DNA from: Octopus vulgaris
Lineage: Eukaryota
DNA length: 64,000 bases
Assembly: GCA_951406725.2 (NCBI GenBank)
Contig: OX597825.1
Coordinates: forward strand, 6,696,001-6,760,000
Direction of reading: 5' to 3'
Shown: one piece after another, positions 1-12,295 of the stretch
Numbering within the stretch: the stretch's first letter is position 1
How the letters are laid out: each line of letters starts with the position of its first letter
Translations under genes and position numbers: made by a program
Notes under the pieces: generated by a model
Told to the model about the DNA's origin: nothing
Database searches by the model: none
The model's input: the letters and a program-made list of their open reading frames with translations, nothing else

Positions 1-317
1 ATTAGTAAAGCAAGAATATATGGAAAATAAGGGAAAGGAAAGGAAAGAGGGGAGTTGTGTGAGGTTTATGTAACAAAAGGAAAGAGAATTTTAGACATGA
101 GACAAGTTTTCCAAAGTGGAGAGAGAGAGAGAGAGGGGGAGAGAGAGGGAAAGAGAGATGAACTGTCACTGCAAAATGGTTGATTATGACAAAGCTGTCA
201 AATTCTTTTACTTTGCAACATTTCTCAGATGTGGCTTCAATATGGAAGATATATATTCACATATCGAACGCAATGAACCCTAAATCATTTTTTTTCAATC
301 GAAATTATACTAATAAT

Positions 318-761
318 GGGTTCAGATTTTGGCACAAGGCCAGCAATTTCAAGGGAAGGCATCAGTTGATTACATTGACCCCCAGTGTACAACTGGTACT
401 TATTTTATCGGCCTTGAAAGGATGAAAGGCAAAATTGACCTTGGTGGAATTTGAACTCAGCACATAAAGACAGACAAAATGTTGCAAAGCATTTTGCCCA
501 ACATGCTAACAATTCTACCAGCTTGCTGTATTATAAAGTTACAGTAACAATGGTCTGAAATTTTGGCACAAGGCCAGCAGGGTCAAGGGAGGGGGTAATG
601 TGATTACATCGATCTCAGTGCTCAACTGGTACTTATCTTATCAACCCAAAACGATGAAAGGCAAAGTTGACCTTGGCAGAATTTGAACACAAAATGTTAA
701 GACATGAAATGCACCAAGCATTTTGCCTAGTGTGCTAATGGTTCTGCCAGCTCACCGCCTT
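318..761 (-). mobile_element. Two tandem copies of tRNA-derived SINE family B
   Basis: Both match the recurring unit ggcggtgagctggcagaa..gttagca..gagttcaaattc..gactttgcctttcatcc..aagtaccag..ggccttgtgccaaaatt; copies at about 318-530 and 551-761. Confidence 0.85.
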
Positions 762-1174
762 ATAAAGTTACACTGATAATGGGAAGAAAAAGTCATTGAT
801 ATTAATGACAATTCTTGTCAGAAGAGCATGGGGGATAACTCAAAATTGTAAACTGATAAAAATTAAATAGAGATACACAGGTGTGGTAGGGAGAGTGAAT
901 GGGTCTTTCTGTAACCATAGTGACAAGCACAAACATGTCTTGGCTTTATTAGCTTTTCTCAGGCACACAACAACCTGGTATTAAAAGGACTCTGAAGAAA
1001 TATGGATTTTGTGTGAAAAATATTTACTGATTTGGCAATTTAAAACCATGACAACAGAAGATTTATCAGGAATAACTTCAACACGAATAATATGTAGTTA
1101 AGTATGTCTAGTCTTCTCTTCATGTTAAATATGTCTATTAGAGAAAATATAATGTCTATGAGAGAATATATGCT

Positions 1175-2729
1175 GGTCAATGCCAGAGCCACCTGACTGG
1201 TCCTGTGCCAGTGGTATGTAAAAAGCACCATTCCAGCGTGACCATTGCCAGTGCCTCCAGACTGGCTCCCGTGCTGGTGGCATGTAAAAGGCACCATTCA
1301 AATGTGGCTGATGCCAGTACTGCCTAAGTGGCCCTCATACCGGTGGCACATAAAAAGCACCCTTTACACTCTCAGAGTGTTTGGTGTTAAGAAGGGCATC
1401 CAGCCGTAGAAACTTTGCTAGATCAGATTGGAGCTTGGTGCAGCATCCTGGCTTGCCAGCCCTCAGTCAAACTGCTTGACCCATGCCAGCATGGAAAGTG
1501 AACGTTAAACAACGATGATGATGATGAAGATGCATTGCAGTGTTTACCATAATCTGATGGTATATCTTCTGCAACAGACATGGAGTTTGACTTTTGAAGG
1601 GTTTAAAGTGCACACTTGTAATTCTGGCAGCAGAGGCTAACGAGAGAACATCATTGGGAAAAATCTCTTCTTTTGTGATACACTTGTTAACTCTTCTGAT
1701 TCAAGAGACACGTCCTATTTTCATCTTTACGTCATCTTCATCCACCACCACCACCTTTGCTGTCACCATCATCAACTGGCACCCATGCTGGTGGTACATA
1801 AAAAGCACCCTTCAAACTTTGGACCTCATGGACGTAGTGACAAGTGACCGAGACCTTTGGCAATATACTGTGCTTGAGAAGATCTGTCAAGCCGGTGTTT
1901 TGTAACTGGCACCCATGCCAGTTGCATGTAAAAAGCAGCCACTACACTCTTGGAGTGGTTGGTATTAGGAAGGGTATACTTCTGTAGAAACCATGCCAAA
2001 TCAGATTGGAACCTGGTGCAGCTCTCTAGCTTACCAGTCTTCAGTCAAACCGTCCAACCCATGGCAAATGATGATGATGATATATATATACCACTCTCGG
2101 AGTAGTTGGTATTAGGAAGGGCATCCAGCTGTAGAAACTCTGCCAAATCAAGATTGGAGCCTGGTCCAGCCATCTGGTTTGCCAGCACTCAGTCAAAATC
2201 ATCCAACCCATTGTAGCATGGAAAGCGGACGTTAAACGATGATGATGATCATGATGATATGCACCACAGAATTTTGTCAGTGAACAGGTCTTGGTCTCAA
2301 AGCAACGAAAATATTTTGGCAAATTAAATTTAAATGTTGAAGTGAATCTAACGGTTTTTGTGTGTTTCTTAAATGGCTTATTAACAGCTTCTACACTGCA
2401 ATTGTTTTCGTTCCAGCACACAATCTCAGATCAGGTGACTGTCTATGCAAGTACATCTCCGTTTTATATATATATATATATATATATAAAGTGGTTGGTG
2501 TTTGGAAGGGTACCCAGCTGTAAAAACCAAGCTAAAACTGACCTCACCAGTGCTTGTGCCATGTAAGAAGCACTCAGTCCACTCTTTGGGGTGGTTGGTG
2601 TTACGAAGGGCATCAAGCCTAAAAACACTGCAAAACAGTCATAAGTCTGGTGCGGGCTCCTACCTGGCCAGCTCCTGTCAAACTGTCCAACCCATGCCAG
2701 CATGGAAGGTAGACGTTAACTGATGATGA

Positions 2730-2731
<2 letters not shown>
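1175..2731 (+). mobile_element. Cluster of RTE-like LINE 3' ends with (GAT)n tails
   Basis: About four copies of aaaagcacc..cactctcggagtggttgg..ggaagggcatccagctgtagaaac..catgctagcatggaaagcggacgttaaacgatgatg. The same sequence is joined to an RTE ORF at 17.0-17.35 kb. Confidence 0.8.
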
Positions 2732-2775
<44 letters not shown>

Positions 2776-2780
2776 TCTTC

Positions 2781-3155
2781 TTATTCTTTTATTTGTTTCA
2801 GTCAATTGACTGCGGCCATGCTGGAGCACTGCCTTTTAGTCAAAGAAATCGACTCCAGGATATTTCTTTGTAAGCCTAGTACTTATTTTATCAGTCGTTT
2901 TTGCCGAACTGCTAAGTTACAGGAACATAAACATACCAGCATTGGTTGTCATGCGATGGTGGGGGACAAACACAGACACACAAACACATATATATATGAC
3001 AGGCTTCTTTCAGTTTCTGTCTAACAAATCCACTCACAAGGCTTTGGTTGGCCCAAGATTATAGTAGAAGACACTTGCCCAAGGTGCCATGCAGTGGGAC
3101 TGAACCCGGGACCAAGTGGCTGGTAAGCAAGCTACTTACCACACAGCTACTCCTG
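2781..3155 (-). mobile_element. tRNA-derived SINE family A
   Basis: Head with A/B-box-like motifs (tagctgtgtggtaag, gggttcagtcc), internal (TA)/(CA) microsatellite, tail gctccagcatggccgcagtcaattgactgaaac. Confidence 0.88.
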
Positions 3156-3806
3156 AAAGAGGGAGTGTGTGTATGTGAGACAGACAGTGACAAAGAGACA
3201 GATAGATAGAAAGATAGATAAATAGGTATGCATACACTTACATATTCACATACACACACATGCAATGATGTGTGTATGTGTGTACGTGTGTGTACTTTCC
3301 TTATAGAATGTATGAATGTCTTTGGCCACTCTGATTTAGTAAGGTAGTTTAAAGGTAAATATTTGAGCTGGAAGGAGAGAAAGGTGTGACGTTCCTCAAG
3401 TGAAACCAGATAAAACTGTTAAGAAACTCCCAGTAAAACCAAGCATTCCATTCTTGAAAACGGTTAGTTGCTACAGCAGCCAGTTAGTTTTTCTTGTAGT
3501 CAAGCAAATACAACGCATGTTAAGTTTTTTTTTTTCCTTTTAATTTTTTTTATGTATATATAAACAAATATATATATATATTTATTTAAAAAAATTTTTC
3601 CCATTTTAACAGAAAAAATATCCAGAAAGGTAGAGACAGAAATCTCTAAATCTGGAAATGCACAGTTCCAAAGAAGTAGAGAAATCGGTGAAGTACAGTA
3701 CGAGCAGTAGCAAGAACGGTAGCAGCGGCAGCAATAACAGGAGGAAGAGGGAAAGATTGGGTTCAAAAAACCAAAGAAATCAACAACCAAACCATCACGT
3801 ACTCAC

Positions 3807-4097
3807 CATTAGATCCTATAACCTCCACTTTGAAACGGCGGATCTCATTATAATTGCTAGTTTTACAACTGTAAACCCCAGAATCTTCATATTTAGCGTG
3901 TATGATAGAAAAGACACTGAGAAGCGTTCCTTGTGGTTGCAAAGGGTAATGATTGATAAATATTTTCGCCTTAGAGTTTGGTTTGAAGAGCTTATCTTGC
4001 TTGAACCAAAGGATAGCAGTGGCTGGCGGATTCTTGTGTCTAGCGGTAATGTTACACTGAAGTTTTACGGGGTCGGCAATCCTCACAACGACCACAT
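3807..4097 (-). CDS. Internal coding exon encoding a second, related Ig domain (probably the same gene, downstream)
   Basis: Translates to DVVVVRIADPVKLQCNITARHKNPPATAILWFKQD...FSIIHAKYEDSGVYSCKTSNYNEIRRFKVEVIGSN, with Cys, Trp and DSGVYSC motifs. Acceptor tcttcccctttag after a long T tract, donor ATG|gtgagt, 291 nt, phase 1-1. Confidence 0.9.
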
Positions 4098-4557
4098 CTA
4101 AAGGGGAAGACAGGGCACAAAAAAAAAAAAAAGCTTGGTCTAACAATCAACTAATATTATGATGCAAGGGTTTTTAAAAAAATAAAATTACAAAAAAAGA
4201 AAAAACAACGAAAAAAATGAGGCGCAAACATTAAACAAAACACATTAAATAAAAAAAAAAATTGCAAAAAACATAAGTTAAAAATGAATAATGTGAAGAA
4301 AAAATAAACAAAAAATAAAACTAGGCAACAAAAAAAATATTGTGAAGATATTAGCAAAATGGTATTTTGACTAATGTAGTTAACACTAGTTATAATAATG
4401 AGAAAATACATACATATGAATATAGTATAAATATAGGAATGGAATAAATATCTATGGAACATTGAAACTTTGGTGTGTATGCATGTATATATGTCTGTAT
4501 CTATCTATCTATCTATCTATCTATATACATACATACATACATACATACATACATACA

Positions 4558-4593
<36 letters not shown>

Positions 4594-4638
4594 TATGTGT
4601 GTGTATATGTGTATGTATGTATGTATATATATATAAAT

Positions 4639-4995
4639 ATATCTGTAGATGTAATATGTGACAATTACTCAGTAGTCATGATAAAACTCCGAGTTTCGGA
4701 TGCTGAGGTGGAAATCCATGCCACCATTTCTTCAGTTATTCGGCCATCGGAAAAATGCCTTTTTAGAAAATGTAGGCTTATTAACCAAACTAAATCAGAT
4801 TTTTAGAAATTTTTTCCGATGGCTGGATAACTGAAGAGATAGCAGTGTGGATTTCCACCTTGGCATCCGAAACTCGGAGTTTTATCATGGCTACCGAATA
4901 ATTGTCACATATTACATTTACAGATAAATTTCCTCTATTTACATAATATCGATGTCTCTTTCATTCTTTTGTTGTTTTACCGTTTTTATCAATAA
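4639..4995. mobile_element. Foldback, Penelope-like inverted repeat with a hammerhead motif in each arm
   Basis: Arms at about 4639-4756 and 4811-4929 are reverse complements. The right arm reads GATAA-CTGAAGA-(stem II)-GAAACTC-g-GAGT-T-TTATC. Confidence 0.7.
4826..4886 (+). ncRNA. Type I hammerhead ribozyme motif (minimal, PLE-type); activity unknown
   Basis: Stem I GATAA/TTATC, core CTGAAGA at 4831-4837, GAAA at 4869-4872, stem III ACTC/GAGT, putative GUU cleavage triplet ending at 4881. Stem II is imperfect. Confidence 0.55.
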
Positions 4996-5100
4996 TATAT
5001 GTATATATATATATATATACATACACTGTCGGTTATGATGACGAGGGTTCCGTTTGATCCGATCAACGGAACAGCCTGCTTGAGAAATTAACATACAAAC

Positions 5101-5277
5101 GTGACTGTGTGGTAAGTAGCTTGCTCACCAGCCACATGGTTCCAGGTTCATTCCCACTGAGTGGCACCTTGGGCAAGTGTCTTCTACTATAGCCTCGGGC
5201 TGACCAAAGCCTTGTGAATGGATTTGGTAGACGAATTTTGGGAAACTGAAAGAAGCCTGTCATATAAATGTATATAA

Positions 5278-5328
<51 letters not shown>

Positions 5329-5371
5329 GCAGTGTACCAGCATGGCTGCAGTCTAATGACTGAAACAAGTA
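5101..5371 (+). mobile_element. SINE-A, internally deleted; preceded by a SINE-D fragment (about 5025-5095)
   Basis: SINE-A head and tail motifs surround a (TA)n tract. Confidence 0.8.
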
Positions 5372-5830
5372 CAGGATATAAGATGTGTGTGTGTGTAGAG
5401 CACAGATCAAGTGTTTTAAAAATAAAGACAATTAGTCAAGAATGGATGTGACTGGCTTTAAATGATAGACATGGAAACTAATTGGAAATTGTCCTATCTC
5501 TCAGCGGTGTCCAGTGTGAGCAATTAAGTTGCTTGTGTGCATTGGCTTATGGCCAGAAATATGTGAAGGAAAAGAGTTTAGACATTTGACTCAATCCCAG
5601 TATATCTTAGCCCTTTGTGGTAACTGATCATCGATAAGAGACCCAAGCAATTGAAATTGGATTTTCAACCCTGAATATATAAATTAATACTGCCAGGCAT
5701 TTCATTTCATATTGTATCATCTACAGCCCATTATAGTGATGGTGGTGGTGGTGGTCATGGTGATAATTGAAAGTTTCAAAGGTTACTCGAGGCAATAAAT
5801 ATTATGCAAATCCTAGTTGTAATATATTCG

Positions 5831-6509
5831 TTTACACTTTTACTTGATTCAGTCATCTGACTGCGGCCATGCTGGAGCACCACCTTAAAGGGTTTTAGTC
5901 GAACGAATTGTACTTATTCTATCAGTTTGTTTTGCTGAATTGCTAAGTTACGGGGACCTAAACACATCAGCATCGGTTGGTAAATAATGGTGGTGGTGGG
6001 GGGGACAAAGACAGACACATGAATATATATCATATACATACATATACATATATATACATCCATATATATATATATATATACATACATACATATTTATATA
6101 CATACATACATACATATTTATATACATACATACATACATATTTATATACATACATACATATATATATACATACATACATATATATATACATACATATATA
6201 TATACATATATACATACATATATATATATATACATACATATATATACATATATATACATACATATATATACATATATATACATACATATATATACATATA
6301 TATACATACATATATATATATATATATATACACACACATATTCATATATATATACCCACAATGACTGTCTTTCAGCTTCTGTTGACTAAATCTATTCACA
6401 AGGCTGTGGTTGGTCTGAAGCTATAGTAGAAGGCATTTGCCCCAAGACTGAACCCAGAACCATGTGGTTTGGAGGCAAGCTTCTTATTACACAGCCACAC
6501 CTACACCTA
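5831..6509 (-). mobile_element. SINE-A with an expanded internal (TA/TACA)n tract
   Basis: Family head and tail flank about 330 bp of microsatellite. Confidence 0.85.
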
Positions 6510-7949
6510 TGTGTGCATGTGTGCGTGCACGTGTGTGTGTGCATGTATGTGTGAGTGCGTGTGTGTATGTGTGTATAAACAAATGCATTTTTTATTCATA
6601 GTCAACAAAAATCTTCATTACTTCTTAATCATTGTATTTAAAATATGAAGACTATTATTATTTTGATAATAGGCAATTTCTGCAGTGGGGCATAAAATAA
6701 ACTCATTACCTTTCTTGAAGCTCATTGGAAAGTGCAAACAAGATTAACCCTTCCTCTTTCTCCCCACCCCCACCTTTCCCTCTCTTTACTTTAACTTTCT
6801 TTAGAATTTTCAGTTGGATTTCACATGGTTCTCACTAATAAGATATTGATTTTTCTTCAGTTTTTTGTAATGCTATACACCAACAATTCACTGTAGTGTA
6901 GTCCAGGGCAATGCCAGGCTGTCCACTGATGCCAGGACCTTTATCATTTAAATAGCTAATTCAAGAAAAGAGATAAAGGGAGATGGAGATGGAGACGAAG
7001 GAAGAAAGAGAGCGTGAATGGTAAAGATTGGAAGAATTTTTTGCCCTCTAAATCCATGTAAAATGAATAGTTGAAACATTATAAAGACAAAGTTGATGAG
7101 ATTCTTCTCTGCATTTGCTAATTCTTACGAGAATCTAAATCCTCACTGGATTCAAAGAGCCGAGGCTCTTAAAATTAATTTAGTTTTTCTAGCTTATGCA
7201 TCTCAATGTTTCATATCATATATCTCAGGTTGATCAAATCTTCGTATTTAAACATTTGCAAACACACCCTGGGTGAAATCCACACGTGTATTGGTGAGTG
7301 ATATCTTTTAGTTTATCAAGCTTTAATTATAAAATGGAACCAGTATCTACTGTAAAACCAGAGTGTAGTAAGAAATATAATTAAAGTGTGTTCACTGGAG
7401 ACATAATGCCTTTCAATGCATTCCAGTTAGTGATCTTTGACATCTGTGGTTGATGATCAATTCAATCAAATCAATCATATATCAAATTGATTAGATAAGA
7501 CTTCCTCCCTATCACTACACTGATTGTATATCAATTTATTTTCTCTCTAAATCTTTAAAAAATCCCCAACGAAGTGTGAATAACGTGTGCGTGTGTGAGT
7601 GTGTGTGTGAGTGTGTGTGAGTGAGTGTGTGTGAGTGAGTGTCTGTGAGTGAGTGTGTGTGTGAGTGTGTGTGTACATATGTCTATATGCAAGAGAATGG
7701 ATGCAAGCAAGACCCAAGACATTCAGAAATCTGATTCCCAATCATATTTGATACCAATGTGCTGCATCTTGGGCAAAAATTTTGCCATTGTCTCAGATTC
7801 ATTCAAGTCTTGTCAGTGAAAATGAATAGATGGAAACTATAAAGAAGCCTGTTGGATAGATTGTACCAATGATTTGTAATAATCAAAAGCCAATCTAGTT
7901 GTACTGATTCTACTGGAGTGTCATTATATTAAGGGTAGGAGCTTGGTTG

Positions 7950-8236
7950 TTGCCAGTGCAACTGGGCTGGCTCCTGTGCAGGTACCACGTAAAAAACACC
8001 TTTTGAGCATGGTCGTTGCCAGAACCGCCTGACTGGCTCTTGTGCCGGTGGCATGTAAAAGCACCCACTATACTCTCAGAGTGGTTGGCATTAGGAAGGG
8101 CATCCAGCTGTAGAAACTTTGCCAGATCAGATTGAGCCTGGTGCAGCCTCTGGCTCACCAGTCTTCAGTCAAACCATCCAACCCATGCTAGCATGGAAGG
8201 TGCAGGTTAAATGATGATTATGATGATGGTGATGAT
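7950..8236 (+). mobile_element. RTE-like 3' end
   Basis: Same motifs as the 1.2-2.7 kb cluster, with a (GAT)n tail. Confidence 0.8.
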
Positions 8237-8360
8237 GTTTATGGGATTAGGAATACACAGCCACTTAACTATGCTTGACAGTTCAGTTCATCAAACTGAC
8301 TGGTATATTCAATGTTGAAACTGATAGAAATCTGGTCCATTTACTGTGTGTGCGTGTGTA

Positions 8361-8405
<45 letters not shown>

Positions 8406-8745
8406 CTTATACACCTTCCTACTTCTCTTCATCTAGATTGTTTTAAAGATATTGGTTTGCTGTTTGCAAGAATTCTTAAGAACTGCTTTCAAATCAGCTT
8501 TATTAATGGAGCATCATCATCTCAACATTCCATCAATACTGGACTGAACCATCATTTGAATGGGTTCGATTGCTTTTAACCAACATAAAACGGAATGACT
8601 TTCATTTATTTAATTGATTCAAACACTTTATACTCAAGGGAGGATATTTATTGAGAAGATAGAACTAGTCACAAAAATTAAGGGGACTAACAGTTGAGCA
8701 TTATTTTGGAAATTATATCTCTACACAGATTCTTCTGTGTGTTAC

Positions 8746-8769
8746 CTGCCTCTCCATAGATGACATATC
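8746..8769 (-). CDS. Weak candidate 24-nt mini-exon (GYVIYGEA in phase 1)
   Basis: tactctccag|GATATGTCATCTATGGAGAGGCAG|gtaaca; open in phase 1, but the pyrimidine tract is short. Confidence 0.22.
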
Positions 8770-9564
8770 CTGGAGAGTATTCAAACTTCTGTGGCATTAA
8801 GTGGTTGAAAAACATATTTCTCTTGGAACAGAAACAAGAACAGTAACTAAAATCAGTGGCCACCAGGAGATGCTCATCTCCTGCATAAATTGGTCCCTGA
8901 TTATTCTACATCCCAAGAATTTATAACAAGTTTAACTGAATTATTGGCTGTTTAAATCTATTTACCATTTATACAGATCAATATCATTCATGTAATCTAA
9001 ACAATTCATTTTTCAATCATCAACAGGCTAGAATTCTATTGATTTTGAAATCTGCAAAACCTAATCTTATTGCTTGGTTTGATAATAAAATAGATTCAAA
9101 GGTATCGTGATTCCTGATATTACAAAACAAAATTAAAAATCTACTTTCACTTTCTTCTCAGCAGGGCCTAAATAATAACAGAAAATTACAATGAATATGA
9201 CTTACTGATGAATCTTTGGTTATTTTTAACTTCTGAATATTTGTTTTGATAGAATTTGATTGATGAATGAATAATTTTCCTCTCTTCTCCTATTAAATGT
9301 AACATTTAGATAAAGATATTCGGTTTTTATCAAAGCTTGTTCAATCTTCAATGGTTCACACCATAAACTAGAGCTGTTGAAATTGCTTTCTTGAAGCGAG
9401 TTTTGAGAATAAATTCAGTTTGAAAAAGACTGTTAAGTTAAATTTTCATAGATTCTAACACTAATTACAGCTGTTTCCATTGTATAAAGGAACAACGACA
9501 ATTTAGGATCTTGTTCCCACTGAAAAACTAAGGTTATATTACAGAGTAATCATCTGCATGGAAT

Positions 9565-10360
9565 TTATCATCACCATCATTTAATGTCCATTTTCCATGC
9601 TGGTATGGGTTGGATGTTTTCACAAGAGCTGGCAAGGCTGGAGAGGTGCACCAGGCTCCAATGTCTGGTTTGGCACGGTGTCCTACAGCTGGATGCCCTT
9701 CATAACATCAAGTACTTTACAGAGAGTACTGAGTGCCTTTTATGAGGCAACAGCACCAGTGTTTCTACATAACACTAGCACCAGTGCTTTTATTGTGACC
9801 CCAACACCAACAGGGTCACCAAGTCACATGCAAGACAAGATCATAAAGAACTTTTGCTCTACTATCAAGGAAATAAATAAATATTTGCTTCTACATTTGG
9901 GCATTTTTATTTTGGTATAGTCATCACTAACATTGACTGTTTATATTTTATGCCTTATCAGACGTTCAGTTAATATCCCAGAGTAGCTTTATACAGACTA
10001 ATTAATAAACTGTCAAACTGAGTCATAAATTAACTCACACACTACAAAGCTTAGAATGTAAATTCTCTATTTTTAATAACCAAATAATGTTAGCCTTACT
10101 GTGAAAACTAAACAAAAACAAAATGGTTCCACTACAAGTTTATGATGATGATCGTCATCATCATTTAACGTCCACTTTCCATGCTAGCATGGGTTGGACG
10201 GTTCGACCAGGGTTTGGGAAGCCAGGAGGCTGCACCAGGCTCCAGTCTGATCTGGCAGTGTTTCTACAGCTGGATGCCCTTCCTAATGTCAACCACTCCG
10301 TGAGTGTAGTGGGTGCTTTTTACGTGCCACTGGCATGGGTGCCAGGCGAGGCTGGCACCC
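9565..10360 (-). mobile_element. Two RTE-like 3' ends (about 9565-9835 and 10150-10360)
   Basis: Reverse complement of the same family motifs. Confidence 0.75.
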
Positions 10361-11375
10361 GTAGACAAATATAGGAACTGTGATAGATCTTTGAGACCTG
10401 GAAAAATAAAAGCTGTGGTGTAATTACTGTGAAGCTAAAATTATTTCTTAATTAAATCTAGCCTACCTTATTTGGTAAAGTGTGCAGTAAACGGACAAGA
10501 AATGAGTTGGGTCTCTTTTGCTTCTGTGTTTGATAGTGTGGATATTTTGTTTGCATAAAAACTACATTAACATATAAAATCTACATTAACATATTCATAT
10601 GTATGTATTCAGTGCATCATTAACAGAAAAACAAAACACCAAATAAATAAATATACATATATATATACATTAAGTTACAAAAATATATCTAAGTTTAAGC
10701 AAGCTTCATCGTTGTGGTTATTAATATCATTTCTATTAAAGAAAAAAAAAATTCTGGTGGGGATTAAATTTCAATGAAGCTTGCAAAAATAAAAATATAT
10801 AAAAAATAAAAAAAAAACAATGGTGCAAAAATCAATACATTGAAAAAAAAAAAGGCTAAGTGAACAGGAACTAGAGTTGATTGGAGAAATACATGTTGTT
10901 GTTGTTGTTGGCTTAGCTTGATGATTTGACTGACAGTTATTGCATGCAAAATATCAAGAATTTCAGTTAATTTTGAGAATCATTCACGAACCTACCATTC
11001 CTGTTATTTGATTATTTCTATTTCTCTCAACTCTTTCCTAAATGAACAAACCTTTTTTCTAGTGAGTCAACAAGTCAGTTATTACAGCTGGAAACAAATT
11101 TTATAACTACGTTTGAACTGTGATTTATTCCAATTTTAGTTAGTGATACAGTAGTAGCATTTAGTGTGAGATTTATTAGTTTTATTAGTGACATAACAGC
11201 ACTGCTGTAAAAGCATGAAATAGAAGAGACGTTACCAATATAGCAACAAATGTTAAGATATAGAGACAAACTTCTTAGTGTTGGGCATTTCTAAGTGTTA
11301 TGAAATAATTCCAAACGTTAATAAGAGAAGCAGTTAACACTGATTAGAAGCAGTAGACATGCTCAGCCCCTATGA

Positions 11376-11747
11376 TACTCTTTTACTTGTTTCAGTCATG
11401 TGACTGTGGCCATGCTGGAGCACCGCCTTTAGTCGAGCAAATCGACCCCGGGACTTATTCTTTGTAAGCCTAGTACTTATTCTATCGGTCTCTTTTGCCG
11501 AACCACTAAGTTACGGGGACGCAAATACACAAGCATTGGTTGTCAAGCGATGTTTAGGGGGGACAAATACACACACACATATATATATACAGATATATAC
11601 GACGGACTTCTTTCAGTTTCTGTCTACTAAATCCACTCACAAGGCTATAGTAGAAGACACTTGCGCAAGGTGCCATGCAGTGGGACTGAACCCAGAACTA
11701 TGTGGTTGGTAAGCAAGCTACTTACCACATAGCCACTCCTGCACCTA
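11376..11747 (-). mobile_element. SINE-A
   Basis: Near full-length match to the other copies. Confidence 0.88.
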
Positions 11748-12068
11748 TCTGATACTTTAGCCAAATTTCATAGAAAACAATGTACTTTGTTATGGCTTAG
11801 TTGCTGTATAACCACAGGTCAGCTCTAATTGAGAAGGTTTAGGATCAGAAATGTCTGACTCATGACCATACCCCTTGTTTTCAGGCAGGCATAATACATC
11901 TGGAATTATATTGTCCAAGGTGTCTTTTTTTTCATTAAAAAGAGGAAGTGTGTGATATGATATAAATTTGGCAACTATTTCCTGTAGAGTCAGCAACTAA
12001 GCACAGACTCTGCATAGAATGCAGCGAGGCTGGTAGAGCATCTTGCTAATGTTTGATGTCCAGCCTCT

Positions 12069-12295
12069 TTAACCCTTTAGCATTCAGATTATTCTGTCAA
12101 ATATAATATTTATTCATCCATATTGTTTTAAGCTAATCATGCACTATTTCGTAGCTTTAATATTTCGATGATGTTATCACCTGTTTTTAGATTGACATTA
12201 TAGATTGGTGTGAGATACCAAATGTGGGCAGTTTTAACAGAAAACAGGTAGATTATTTGGGCCGGATATGGCCAGTTTAAACACTAAAGGGTTAA
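12069..12295 (+). mobile_element. piggyBac-like MITE (TTAA target, CCCTTTAG TIR)
   Basis: TTAAccctttagcatt...aacactaaagggTTAA; internal sequence shared with several other copies. Confidence 0.8.

Noticed and set aside
3658-4101. 147-aa plus-strand ORF
   Set aside because: Antisense shadow of the Ig exon with no recognisable motif.
5948-6426. Long YI/HT/CV-rich ORFs here and at about 17.6, 19.4, 31.5, 35.3 and 52.2 kb
   Set aside because: They are translations of (TA)n, (CA)n and (TACA)n microsatellites.
10100-10107. 8-nt microexon-like motif (tttag|TTTTCACA|gtaagg), and a 4-nt one at about 15477-15480
   Set aside because: Individually frame-shifting; they also show that such motifs arise by chance in this base composition.
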